Translations under genes and position numbers: made by a program
Shown here: piece by piece, positions 45,641 through 54,509 of the stretch
How the letters are laid out: every line of letters starts with the position of its first letter
Numbering within the stretch: the first letter of the stretch is position 1
The notes under the pieces: model-generated
What the model saw: only the letters and a program-made list of their open reading frames with translations
Told to the model about the DNA's origin: nothing
Databases searched by the model: none
DNA from: Candidatus Obscuribacterales bacterium
GTDB taxonomy: Bacteria > Cyanobacteriota > Vampirovibrionia > Obscuribacterales > Obscuribacteraceae
DNA: 64,000 nt
NCBI GenBank assembly: GCA_019747875.1
Contig: JAIEQI010000015.1
Span: 2,269-66,268 of the forward strand
Direction of reading: 5' to 3'

Positions 45641-48010
45641 TTATGCCGGTGGTTTAAGACATTCTTTTCCGAACGTATCTTCAATTGCGCGGCGCAGCCT
45701 GTACACAGGAAGATATGCGTTTTCATTGCTTATTAACTTTTCTTGTTCGGGAGTGAGCTCATATTTGAAAGTGACTTTGTCTCCCTTTTTCGGAGGAATG
45801 GACACCAAGGTCCTGTAAATCTGTGGATTATATTGTTTCATCAAAGTATCTTCGCTTATCATCAATTGCTCCAGGGCTTTCTCCTTTTCTTTCCGCTTGC
45901 AATTGAATATTCCAAATGTTGCCTCCATGAGCATATAGGGAAAGACTTCATCTGTTCTAAATCCAAAGAAAACCTCTGAACTCCGGAGGGACTTGCGATA
46001 CTCATCAGCCAACTCATACTTATTGTTGTCCAAACATACAAGTGCAAGTTCGCAATTCAATAAATTAACGTCTTTAGCTTGACCGTATTTCTTCAGAAAG
46101 GGAATGACGCGCTTCCCCGTAGCAATTGCCTCAGCGAGTGTTCCATCACCTCTTTTTTGCGCAACAATTCGTAGAAGCTGCACGCAATGCTCGCTTAATA
46201 GATCCGCGTCGACGCCGCTTTTTTGACGGCTATATTCTTCCGCGCGCTCTCTTAGCGTCGCAGCTAATTGATAATAATCGCCATTGGAAGTGGGGATTGA
46301 TTTGGGATGCTTTGAAAATAATAGTGCGATCGGTTCCCAGTTCTTGCTTCTATTGCTTTCTTTCCAGAGATATTCACCGACATCCAGAAGCGCAGTTTTC
46401 CAGCTTCTGAACTCCGACTGAGTGCGCTTGCTTTTAGGTCGATGATACTCGCGTCCCCAGTGCAGCAGATCACTATAATAATCAAGCGCTAAGCGAAGGG
46501 TCTCTTTTCTGATTGCAGGCTGGTTTTGATCGTAACTCTTGTATAAATAGAAGTACGACTTCAACAATGCCATATGGTCATCTCTGCTCCAGTCAGGTGT
46601 ATAGGCCGTGTTTGTCGATTTTTCGACAAGCTTTTTGGCTTGCTCGAAATCACTCTTCTTGAGGAGTCCATCGACTCTGCTGCTCAAATACTTAATCGAT
46701 TTTGCCGGGGCCACTTTGTCTAAGTAATAGTCGTCCTGAATTGTTGTTCCCAAAATACTCCATACGATAAATGCCGTTAAGCAGGCAACGCTGCCCAGGA
46801 CCGCAAAAATCTGAAGTGCTTTTGAACTCTTGTCTCTGCTTGCAGTTCTTTCCGGGGCGAAGGATATCGCTGTCTTTCCCGTTTGCTGAGAGTAAATTGC
46901 CTGCGCTTGAGTAAGATCTTTTACTAACTCGCCAAAGGTTTGATAGCGCTCCTCCTTATTCTTTTTTAGTCCGCGCTCGACTATTTGAATTAGCTTTCGG
47001 GAAAGTATGCTGTACCCTCTCGTTTTCGCTCCAGAGGCAGCAAGTTTTGGTGCATCTTCCTGCAGGTGCTTCATAAGCAGCTGCGCCTGATTATCTGCGG
47101 TAAAGGGACGTTCTCCTGAAAGCATTTCAAAAAGCATTACGCTAAAAGCATATATGTCAGAGCGCCCGTCGACTACTTCACCCCGCGCCTGCTCCGGGCT
47201 TGCGTAAGCCGCGCTCCCTTTGAATGAGCATCTTGTCGTATCCTGTTTGCCATTTTCGTCTGTTGCCAAAACTTGCGAAATTCCGAAGTCGAGAATTTTT
47301 GGAAACCTGTTTTCATTTATGATCACATTGGAAGGCTTAAGATCGCGATGTATAACATTGCAAGAGTGGATGTGTTCCATGCCGGCAGCGATTCCCAGCG
47401 CGATCTGCAAAGTCGTTTGCAATGGCGGGCACGCTTCGTCCTTTAGATATTCTGCCAGAGTTTTACCGTCGAGATATTCCATTACCAAGAACGGTGAGTT
47501 GTCCGGCAGAAGTCCACAGCGAAAAATTTGAACAACATTTTGATGGTTCAGCGTGCTTAATACCTTTGCTTCCTTGTGGAAGCGTTCTTGAACGCGAGGA
47601 TTATTCACCAGACTGAATTCGCTGACGATCTTCAGTGCTACATTTCTGCGGAGAATTTCATCGGTGGCTCTAAAAACTGTGCCATGCGTGCCGTTGCCTA
47701 TTTCGCCGACAATTCGGTAGATACCGTCTACTAACTGCCCTTCGAGCGTTTGTGCTTCCGGTCCGGTTAATGCCTCTGTGGATACTGACTGTCCTTCACT
47801 GTCCATCAGAGCTCCAATCTTTTGGAATCGTGCAAGCAGACGACTTACATTCACATTCCCTTTTAGGCTGACTGTCATTCGGAATACCTGATGGAGGAAT
47901 TGAGTCCCGGAACCGCTGGGCCAGTTGATTGTTAGAAGAGTAGCTTGCCCAGCGTGCAGGTAGCGTGCAATATCCGCAATCCATTCACATTGTCCATCCT
48001 CCTTACACAT
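45641..48010 (-). CDS. Hanks-type Ser/Thr protein kinase with a TM helix and a large helical C-terminal domain
   Basis: GNGTHGTVFRA, VALKIV, HRDLKPSNVII, ILDFGIS, GSAAYASPEQ. TM helix ALQIFAVLGSVACLTAFIVWSILG. The C-terminal ~370 aa are helical-repeat-like. The start could instead be an internal Met (MTVSLKG or MDSEGQ). Confidence 0.85.
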   Translation of the reverse strand: MCKEDGQCEWIADIARYLHAGQATLLTINWPSGSGTQFLHQVFRMTVSLKGNVNVSRLLARFQKIGALMDSEGQSVSTEALTGPEAQTLEGQLVDGIYRIVGEIGNGTHGTVFRATDEILRRNVALKIVSEFSLVNNPRVQERFHKEAKVLSTLNHQNVVQIFRCGLLPDNSPFLVMEYLDGKTLAEYLKDEACPPLQTTLQIALGIAAGMEHIHSCNVIHRDLKPSNVIINENRFPKILDFGISQVLATDENGKQDTTRCSFKGSAAYASPEQARGEVVDGRSDIYAFSVMLFEMLSGERPFTADNQAQLLMKHLQEDAPKLAASGAKTRGYSILSRKLIQIVERGLKKNKEERYQTFGELVKDLTQAQAIYSQQTGKTAISFAPERTASRDKSSKALQIFAVLGSVACLTAFIVWSILGTTIQDDYYLDKVAPAKSIKYLSSRVDGLLKKSDFEQAKKLVEKSTNTAYTPDWSRDDHMALLKSYFYLYKSYDQNQPAIRKETLRLALDYYSDLLHWGREYHRPKSKRTQSEFRSWKTALLDVGEYLWKESNRSKNWEPIALLFSKHPKSIPTSNGDYYQLAATLRERAEEYSRQKSGVDADLLSEHCVQLLRIVAQKRGDGTLAEAIATGKRVIPFLKKYGQAKDVNLLNCELALVCLDNNKYELADEYRKSLRSSEVFFGFRTDEVFPYMLMEATFGIFNCKRKEKEKALEQLMISEDTLMKQYNPQIYRTLVSIPPKKGDKVTFKYELTPEQEKLISNENAYLPVYRLRRAIEDTFGKECLKPPA

Positions 48011-48096
48011 TGATTGCCTAGGATGGAACTGGGTGTTGCGGAGCGTTTTTGAAGCTCCGAAGTTATGCGGGATGGTTTCAGGAGCGAGTATTAAGC

Positions 48097-48900
48097 ATGG
48101 ATTTGCGGTTGGTTACAGCTAGCGCATTGCTCGCTATGCTGCAGAATTTTGCGTTGAACGTCCCTGGGTTCGCGGAACCGTCTCCCGAGATAGAGAATTC
48201 CTCTCCGCCTTCTGCGGGAAAGATTCTTCTTCAAGGAGAGGTGTCCAAGAACTCGAGATTCTTTGCACCGAAAATTTCTGATGTCGAGTCAAAGCTTGAA
48301 GGAACTAGCAGCTGGGAGCTTATACTGCACGGTGATGTGAAATTCACACCGGAGCTGCTTCAGAGATTTCGCAGCTCGGCGGTCTTTTCCGACTTGGGCG
48401 ACCATCCGCGCCACATCAAACTTTATATCGGCAACATTCTCGCCGATTGCAGCGACCCCATGACTGTTGATCTCTCGCTTGCAAGAGTGAAACTCTCTCC
48501 CGGTGCCATCGTATATTTTCGCGCGAGCCAAACCGGCACTGCCATTATGAATTTTCACGACGATCACAGAAATTCGGTCAAAGTAAGTGTGGGCGACATG
48601 CAAATCGATTTGCCCCCGGGGCGCATGGTGTTTGTTACGGATAAAAAGGGACGTGATTTTGACGAACTGAATCCGTGTTCAGGCGTTTGGTACAAGAGCC
48701 TTTACGAAAAACAGGTCAATGACAAGACTCGAGTTTTTATGACGCAGTTCTCTCTGATGTCAGCCGCAGAGTTGATGCCATCAGTAAAACGCTTGTCTGC
48801 TTTAAGAAAGCATCGTGGAAATAAAATAGCAAAAACTTTCGCTGCTGTTTATCTGATTTCTCGCGATCGGCACCCCTTTCGCCCAAAGTTGCATTCTTAA
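48097..48900 (+). CDS. Secreted hypothetical protein
   Basis: Signal peptide MDLRLVTASALLAMLQNFALNVPGFA from ATG 48097. Divergent from the kinase gene. Confidence 0.55.
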   Translation: MDLRLVTASALLAMLQNFALNVPGFAEPSPEIENSSPPSAGKILLQGEVSKNSRFFAPKISDVESKLEGTSSWELILHGDVKFTPELLQRFRSSAVFSDLGDHPRHIKLYIGNILADCSDPMTVDLSLARVKLSPGAIVYFRASQTGTAIMNFHDDHRNSVKVSVGDMQIDLPPGRMVFVTDKKGRDFDELNPCSGVWYKSLYEKQVNDKTRVFMTQFSLMSAAELMPSVKRLSALRKHRGNKIAKTFAAVYLISRDRHPFRPKLHS

Positions 48901-48910
48901 TTAAAACGCT

Positions 48911-48952
48911 CCGGAGTTTCGCAGGGCTGTCGCCCCTCTTAACTCCTCCGCT
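48911..48952 (+). repeat. Dispersed repeat family D, copy 3
   Basis: CCGGAGTTTCGCAGGGCTGTCGCCCCTCTTAACTCCTCCGCT. Lies between convergent genes. Confidence 0.8.
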
Positions 48953-48996
48953 AATAAGAACCTTTGAGTTTCGGAGCGCCCGTCAATGCTTCACAA

Positions 48997-49659
48997 TTAA
49001 AGACGCAAGAGTTCTGCAATTTTGTCTAGACTCACTGGAGTATCTGTGTCTTCGTCTTTTCCTGCTTGAGCCGCGTATTTTGCATACCAATTTGGGATAT
49101 GTAGATGTGAACTTGCAATTGAGACGAAGAGCGGTGCAATCAGCACTTTCTTGAACAGTGAACGCAGCCGTAAGTATTCCTGCTCCAGTGATTCAAGCTC
49201 ATCGCCAATCATATGGCTTGGCGCATTTGCGTTTACGTAGAGTGTTGCTGCGGTCTTGTCCCAGCCCTGGGAAACTAACGCTTCAATGAGCGCAGGTTTG
49301 GCCTGATTGACCTTTGTCATTCCGCAGTCATTATGACCGATCAGTGCGATGTGCTTGACTCCTTTGGCTACCGTGTAAGCCAAGCTGAATTCTTCACCAA
49401 TCAAGCGACTTCCGGCTTTTCTTGCAACATAAGCAAAAGAATGTGGAACTTGCGGGCTGAATCTATATTCGATACACGAAACGATGAGCAATTGCGGTGT
49501 ATCGCCTGATTCTATGGGTTTGTCGAAGTTGTGCGCGCCAATGAGTTCTTCAATCGGCGTGTTTCGCCACAAGGCTGGAAGACTTTCTGGATCAATTAGC
49601 TTACTTATCCGTGAACCATATCCGCTGTGCATGGTAGCGCTTAATTCTTGCCTTGACAT
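48997..49659 (-). CDS. Beta-carbonic-anhydrase-like protein with a variant CxExR motif
   Basis: SCIEYR (CxDxR expected) and GHNDCG (HxxCG) 47 residues apart. ATG 49659 (MSRQELSAT) or the track start 49743. Confidence 0.55.
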   Translation of the reverse strand: MSRQELSATMHSGYGSRISKLIDPESLPALWRNTPIEELIGAHNFDKPIESGDTPQLLIVSCIEYRFSPQVPHSFAYVARKAGSRLIGEEFSLAYTVAKGVKHIALIGHNDCGMTKVNQAKPALIEALVSQGWDKTAATLYVNANAPSHMIGDELESLEQEYLRLRSLFKKVLIAPLFVSIASSHLHIPNWYAKYAAQAGKDEDTDTPVSLDKIAELLRL

Positions 49660-49790
49660 TGATCTTCCTCGTGTAATTCCCCACATTATACAGTTGCTTC
49701 CAATGCCAAGTGGGATTCCTTCAAAGATCAGTTCCGTTTCCAATATGACTACCGAACAGTTATACTGAGTGATCGAAGGAGATCTGTGTT

Positions 49791-50237
49791 ATGGAGAAGC
49801 CCAATTCAGTAACGATAGCCGTTAGACTACTCTGGAGTTCTTTGGTGATTGCTCTTGGTGGCTTGGCTTACTTGTGCACAGATAAGGATGTGAGCCAGGC
49901 TCTTCGCGGTGCTGGAACGCCGGAAGCCACTGCCATGGTAGCCTTGATATTAGGTGGGTCGCTCCTTGTTCTTGCCGTATGCGCTTTCTTTATTTATAAA
50001 ATTGGCAAAGGTCGCAATTGGGCCCGCCTCATCTTTTGTGGGTTAGTTTTTATTGGCACTCCCGGAACCGTTACGGGACTATTTGATCCAAAAGAAGACA
50101 TGGTCGTTAAAGTAATCATGTTTGTGCAGCTAGTAGTTCAACTGGTTGCTGTTGTTATGCTTATGCAGAAGGATGCAGTTGCTTGGTTTAAGCCTCCGAA
50201 AGCAAAACCCGTCGAAGTAACTAATCCATCTGCATAA
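49791..50237 (+). CDS. Integral membrane protein (hypothetical, about 4 TM)
   Basis: 148-aa ORF with four hydrophobic helices. Confidence 0.55.
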   Translation: MEKPNSVTIAVRLLWSSLVIALGGLAYLCTDKDVSQALRGAGTPEATAMVALILGGSLLVLAVCAFFIYKIGKGRNWARLIFCGLVFIGTPGTVTGLFDPKEDMVVKVIMFVQLVVQLVAVVMLMQKDAVAWFKPPKAKPVEVTNPSA

Positions 50238-50354
50238 GATTTTTGAACTCAGGATCTGAAGACTGCTGAGAAGATCGGTTGATGAACTGTCTCTTTTTCA
50301 AGCGCTGAGAGTCTCAGCCTAATAATCTTGACGTATACATCGGAGTTCAAAATC

Positions 50355-51206
50355 ATGAATCTTGTTAGGGCGGGTTTGCCGCCTGTTCTTTCAGATACGG
50401 TCGCCTTGAGTGACAAAACGAATTTGCATTTTCGCTACTTCCGCCCATTGAATGGACAAAACAGCGCCGTCATCTTTTTACATAGAGGACATGAACATTC
50501 CGGAAGATTGATTGAGCCAATTGAAAGCTTGGGTATTGATGATCGCTGGATATTTGCATGGGACGCACGAGGCCATGGATTGAGCGGTGGAACCCTAGAT
50601 TCGTTTGAAACAGCGATCAATGATTTAGAAGAGTTTGTATCCTTCATTTCAGCTCAATATAAGATTCCACGAAACAAAATGACATTTGTGGCGCATAGTT
50701 TTTCAGCTGTGCTATTGACCGAATGGATTCGCGAATATCAGCCCGACTTGGAGGGGCTGATTCTTCTGGCTCCAGCCTTCAGGATCAATCTTTTCGTGCC
50801 GTTTGCATATGAAGTCTTGAGCGCATTGAATTCAGTGTTTCCAAACTTGAAAGTAGCAAGTTTCGTTAGAGGGGCTTTGTTGACGAGGAATAGCAACGAA
50901 GCAAAAGCCTATGATCGAGATAAATTGGTCACAAAAGCTATTTCGGTAAAAGTGTTATTGGAGATGAAAAAACGGGCGATGTTGTCAATTCGTGCTGCCA
51001 CTCGAATCAATGTGCCTGTGCTGGTACTTCTGGCAGGAAGCGATCCGATAGTCGATCGGAAATGCCAACTGATGTTTTTCGATTTACTTTCGTCTCAAAA
51101 GAAAGTGTTGAGAACTTTTTCCGGCATGCGCCACGACATTTTTCACGAATTAAATCGTGATGAAGCATTCGATTTGATGCGTTTCTTTATTTGTGAGTTG
51201 ACATAG
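50355..51206 (+). CDS. Alpha/beta hydrolase (lysophospholipase / monoacylglycerol-lipase-like)
   Basis: VIFLHRGHEHSGR oxyanion region and nucleophile elbow variant AHSFS. ATG 50355 (the track starts at TTG 50328). Confidence 0.72.
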   Translation: MNLVRAGLPPVLSDTVALSDKTNLHFRYFRPLNGQNSAVIFLHRGHEHSGRLIEPIESLGIDDRWIFAWDARGHGLSGGTLDSFETAINDLEEFVSFISAQYKIPRNKMTFVAHSFSAVLLTEWIREYQPDLEGLILLAPAFRINLFVPFAYEVLSALNSVFPNLKVASFVRGALLTRNSNEAKAYDRDKLVTKAISVKVLLEMKKRAMLSIRAATRINVPVLVLLAGSDPIVDRKCQLMFFDLLSSQKKVLRTFSGMRHDIFHELNRDEAFDLMRFFICELT

Positions 51207-51242
51207 CCTTCCCAGTCCAGATGAGTTCAATGAGGCAAGCAG

Positions 51243-52124
51243 ATGAATAAGAGTAAGTTAGCAAATGTTTTCTGCCATAAGAAAATGAAGTATGGGTTTA
51301 TCCGCCTCCTTTTCAGGACGCTGGGGCGTTTGAGCGAGGGAATTCGTATCGGATGGAAGTATGGTTTCGACTCGGGTGAGTCACTGGATTACGTCTATGA
51401 AAATCGGGCATGCGGCTTGGGTCCCTTAGGAAAGCTCTTCGATCGAATCTATCTGAACTCCGCCGGTTGGTCTGGTATCAGATCTCGTCGAGTTAACATG
51501 CAGCAGGCTATTTCATGGGCGATTGATCATTCAAAAGATTCAGCCGAGCAGCTAGAGTTGATTGATGTCGCATCTGGACCCGGACGATATGTACTTGATG
51601 TCTTGAGCGCTGGGGAGCCGAAAAACTTGCATGCCACCCTTTATGATCTTGACGAAGTGGGCTTGGCGATCGGGCGGCAAAAAGCTGCTGCACTTAATTT
51701 GAGTAATGTCGATTTCGTGAAGCGAAATGCATTTCAGTATGTGTCTGGATGCGAACGCGAAGCGGATATTGCAATAGTGTCAGGCTTGTACGAGCTGTTC
51801 TCTGATAATGACCTGATCTCAACTTCGCTGCGTTCGATTTCTTCCAGAATGAAAGACGGTGGCTATCTGATTTACACAAATCAGCCGTGGCATCCGCAAC
51901 TTGAGTTCATAGCAAATGTGCTCGATAATCGCGAAGGCAAGCCCTGGGTGATGCGTTGTCGATCTCAAGAAGAAATCGATAAGCTCGTTGAAGATGCCGG
52001 GTTCTGCAAGATCAGTATGAAGTCTGATGATGCAGGAATATTCACGGTCTCGATCGCAACGAAGCGCAACCAAACGTTGAAGAGTTTGCAGGGGGACTTA
52101 GATTCAGTCCCAAAATGTGCATAG
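51243..52124 (+). CDS. Class I SAM-dependent methyltransferase
   Basis: SAM motif I LIDVASGPGRYVLD with a downstream acidic LYDLD. Co-directional, 36 nt after the hydrolase gene. Confidence 0.78.
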   Translation: MNKSKLANVFCHKKMKYGFIRLLFRTLGRLSEGIRIGWKYGFDSGESLDYVYENRACGLGPLGKLFDRIYLNSAGWSGIRSRRVNMQQAISWAIDHSKDSAEQLELIDVASGPGRYVLDVLSAGEPKNLHATLYDLDEVGLAIGRQKAAALNLSNVDFVKRNAFQYVSGCEREADIAIVSGLYELFSDNDLISTSLRSISSRMKDGGYLIYTNQPWHPQLEFIANVLDNREGKPWVMRCRSQEEIDKLVEDAGFCKISMKSDDAGIFTVSIATKRNQTLKSLQGDLDSVPKCA

Positions 52125-52126
52125 GA

Positions 52127-52163
52127 GAAGCCGGCAAGATGCCGGCGCTCCCGGGAGCGAACC
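52127..52163 (-). repeat. Dispersed repeat family A, copy 3 (inverted)
   Basis: The reverse complement is identical to copy 1 over 37 nt. It directly abuts the 59-60-nt tandem array. Confidence 0.85.
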
Positions 52164-52326
52164 GATCCGCGTAAGCCCAGAGTTTCATGCTTAGCCAGTC
52201 CCTGGGCTCCTGGGATCGAAGCGATCCGCGTAAGCCCAGAGTTTCATGCTTACGCCAGTCCCTGGGGTCCTGGGATCGAAGCGATCTCCTAAGCCCAGAG
52301 TTTCATGCTTACGCCAGTCCCTGGTG
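52164..52326. repeat. Tandem repeat, 59-60-nt unit, about 2.7 copies
   Basis: Units start at 52164, 52223 and 52283 (GATCCGCGTAAGCCCAGAGTTTCATGCTTA[GC]CCAGTCCCTGGG[CG]TCCTGGGATCGAAGC). The last unit overlaps the pckG stop region. Confidence 0.9.
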
Positions 52327-54204
52327 CATTACATCAGGTTCTTTTGTCTTTGATTTGGCGCGCTCGTGAATTGATAGCCTCAAATGGAGCAGCTCTCGCA
52401 GCAAGGTCAGTTCTTGCGGAAGGCGTGACTTCAATTTTTCGAAGAGCTCTTTATGCATTCTCAACTCGGCATCCCATGCTGTTGGGTCTATGTGCATGAG
52501 AGCTTCGAATTGTGCCCGGGTGAAATCGAGTCCGTTCCAATCGATATCTTCATAGCTGGGCATCCAGCCAAGTTCGCTTTGTCTGGCTCCGACCTTGCCT
52601 GTGACGCGTTGAACGATCCACTTCAATACGCGCATGTTTTCGCCAAAGCCCGGCCAAATGATATGGCCCTTGCTGTCGGTGCGGAACCAATTGACGCAGA
52701 AGATGTTCGGCAGGTGGTCGACGGTGTGGCGCATTTGCAACCAGTGACCGAAGTAATCACCCATGTGATATCCGCAAAACGGCAACATCGCCATTGGATC
52801 GCGGCGAACTTCACCAACATTACCCATGGCTGCTGCTGTCGTTTCTGAACCAAGAGTAGCTGCCATATAGACACCTTGCTCCCAGTTAAACGTTTCCAGA
52901 ACGAGTGGAACTGCCGTTGCACGGCGACCGCCGAATACGAATGCGCTAATCGGTACGCCTTGCGGGTCATCCCATTTTGGATCCAGGGAAGGACATTGCG
53001 TAGCACTTACAGTGAAGCGGCTGTTCGGGTGGGCGGCTTTGCGCCCGCATCCCGGTCTCCAGAGCCTTCCTTGCCAGTCGACGCATTCTTCAGGCGGTGT
53101 GTCGGTAAGTCCTTCCCACCAGACATCTCCATCTGGCGTGAGAGCTACGTTGGTGAAAATACAGTTCTTGCTCAATGTTGCCAGGGCATTCGGATTCGTC
53201 TTCTCTGAAGTGCCAGGTGCTACGCCGAAGTAACCAGCTTCTGGATTGATTGCATAGAGCCTTCCATCTTTGCCGGGGCGAATCCAGGCAATGTCGTCAC
53301 CAATGGTGGTGACCTTCCAATCATCCATTCCTTCAGGTGGAATCAACATGGCAAAGTTGGTTTTGCCGCATGCGCTTGGAAATGCTGCTGCTACATACAT
53401 TTTTTCTTTCTGCGGATTTTCCACACCCAGAATCAGCATGTGCTCTGCCAGCCAGCCTTCTTCTTTTCCTAGCGCCGATGCAATACGTAGCGCCATGCAT
53501 TTCTTGCCGAGCAGGGCGTTGCCGCCATAGCCGGAGCCATACGACCAGATTTCGGAAGTTTCCGGGAAATGACAAATGTATTTCTCTTCAGGATCGCATG
53601 GCCATGGAACATCTTTTTCGCCATGTACGAGCGGGTGTCCAACTGAGTGCAGGCAGGGAACGAATCTGCCGTTGTCGCCGAGGACTTTCATGACATCTTT
53701 GCCCATGCGAGTCATCAGTTTCATGTTCACCACCACATATGGTGAATCGCTTATTTCAACACCAATCTGCGCTAAAGGCGAACCGAGCGGTCCCATACTG
53801 AATGGAATGACATACATGGTGCGACCACGCATACAACCGTCATAATGGGCCTTCAAAGTTGTCTTTGCCTGGGCAGGGTCCATCCAGTTGTTGTTCGGAC
53901 CAGCATCTTCTTTTCTGTTCGTGCAGATAAATGTCCGATCTTCGACTCTAGCGACATCTGACGGAGCCGAGCGAGCAAGGAAAGATCCAGGACGCTTCTG
54001 AGGATTTAGCTTGATGAATGTCCCGCTTTTGACCATTTCGTCACAAAGGCGGTCATATTCTTCCTGAGAACCATCGCACCAGTAGATTTTGTCTGGTCTG
54101 CACATGGCAGCGACAGAATCCACCCATGCTTTTAGCTTCTCGTGGTTGACAGGATAAGACATCCCCAGATTGGAAGTTTGCTCTTTTTCGCTTACTTTGT
54201 TCAT
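52309..54204 (-). CDS. pckG: Phosphoenolpyruvate carboxykinase (GTP)
   Basis: Kinase-1a loop [15 protein letters not shown], and full-length collinearity with GTP-PEPCK (631 aa). The last ~6 codons run into a tandem repeat. Confidence 0.93.
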   Translation of the reverse strand: MNKVSEKEQTSNLGMSYPVNHEKLKAWVDSVAAMCRPDKIYWCDGSQEEYDRLCDEMVKSGTFIKLNPQKRPGSFLARSAPSDVARVEDRTFICTNRKEDAGPNNNWMDPAQAKTTLKAHYDGCMRGRTMYVIPFSMGPLGSPLAQIGVEISDSPYVVVNMKLMTRMGKDVMKVLGDNGRFVPCLHSVGHPLVHGEKDVPWPCDPEEKYICHFPETSEIWSYGSGYGGNALLGKKCMALRIASALGKEEGWLAEHMLILGVENPQKEKMYVAAAFPSACGKTNFAMLIPPEGMDDWKVTTIGDDIAWIRPGKDGRLYAINPEAGYFGVAPGTSEKTNPNALATLSKNCIFTNVALTPDGDVWWEGLTDTPPEECVDWQGRLWRPGCGRKAAHPNSRFTVSATQCPSLDPKWDDPQGVPISAFVFGGRRATAVPLVLETFNWEQGVYMAATLGSETTAAAMGNVGEVRRDPMAMLPFCGYHMGDYFGHWLQMRHTVDHLPNIFCVNWFRTDSKGHIIWPGFGENMRVLKWIVQRVTGKVGARQSELGWMPSYEDIDWNGLDFTRAQFEALMHIDPTAWDAELRMHKELFEKLKSRLPQELTLLRELLHLRLSIHERAKSKTKEPDVMHQGLA

Positions 54205-54509
54205 ATCTGGCTCCGGAAAAGGAAAGTTAATGCGTAATTGGGCATTCTAACTCTTTAAAAGCCGGGCGGTGAAACTTGTTTGGATTATTCGCCTTTCACG
54301 AATAAGCACCGGAATTGTCTTCCTTCTAGCCGAAGTGGGTGGGTGTTTGGAAATATCAGCCTGGTGCGGCTTTTGCGCTTCGCTCTCTGGGCCGAACTGC
54401 TTCAGATTATTCTTGCCATTTTTCGCTAGATTGAGAGATATTTCAAAGCTTGCAGATTATTCAATCAACCTTAAATTCGCGCAGTGTCGCTTCGAAATGT
54501 GCTTGTGAC

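Noticed and set aside
52164-52326. CRISPR array
   Set aside because: The units are directly tandem (59-60 nt) with no unique spacers between them, and no cas genes are present in the window.
52187-52369. 60-aa plus-strand ORF with repeated SLGSWDRSD peptides
   Set aside because: It is a translation of the non-coding tandem array. It has no RBS and overlaps the pckG 3' end.
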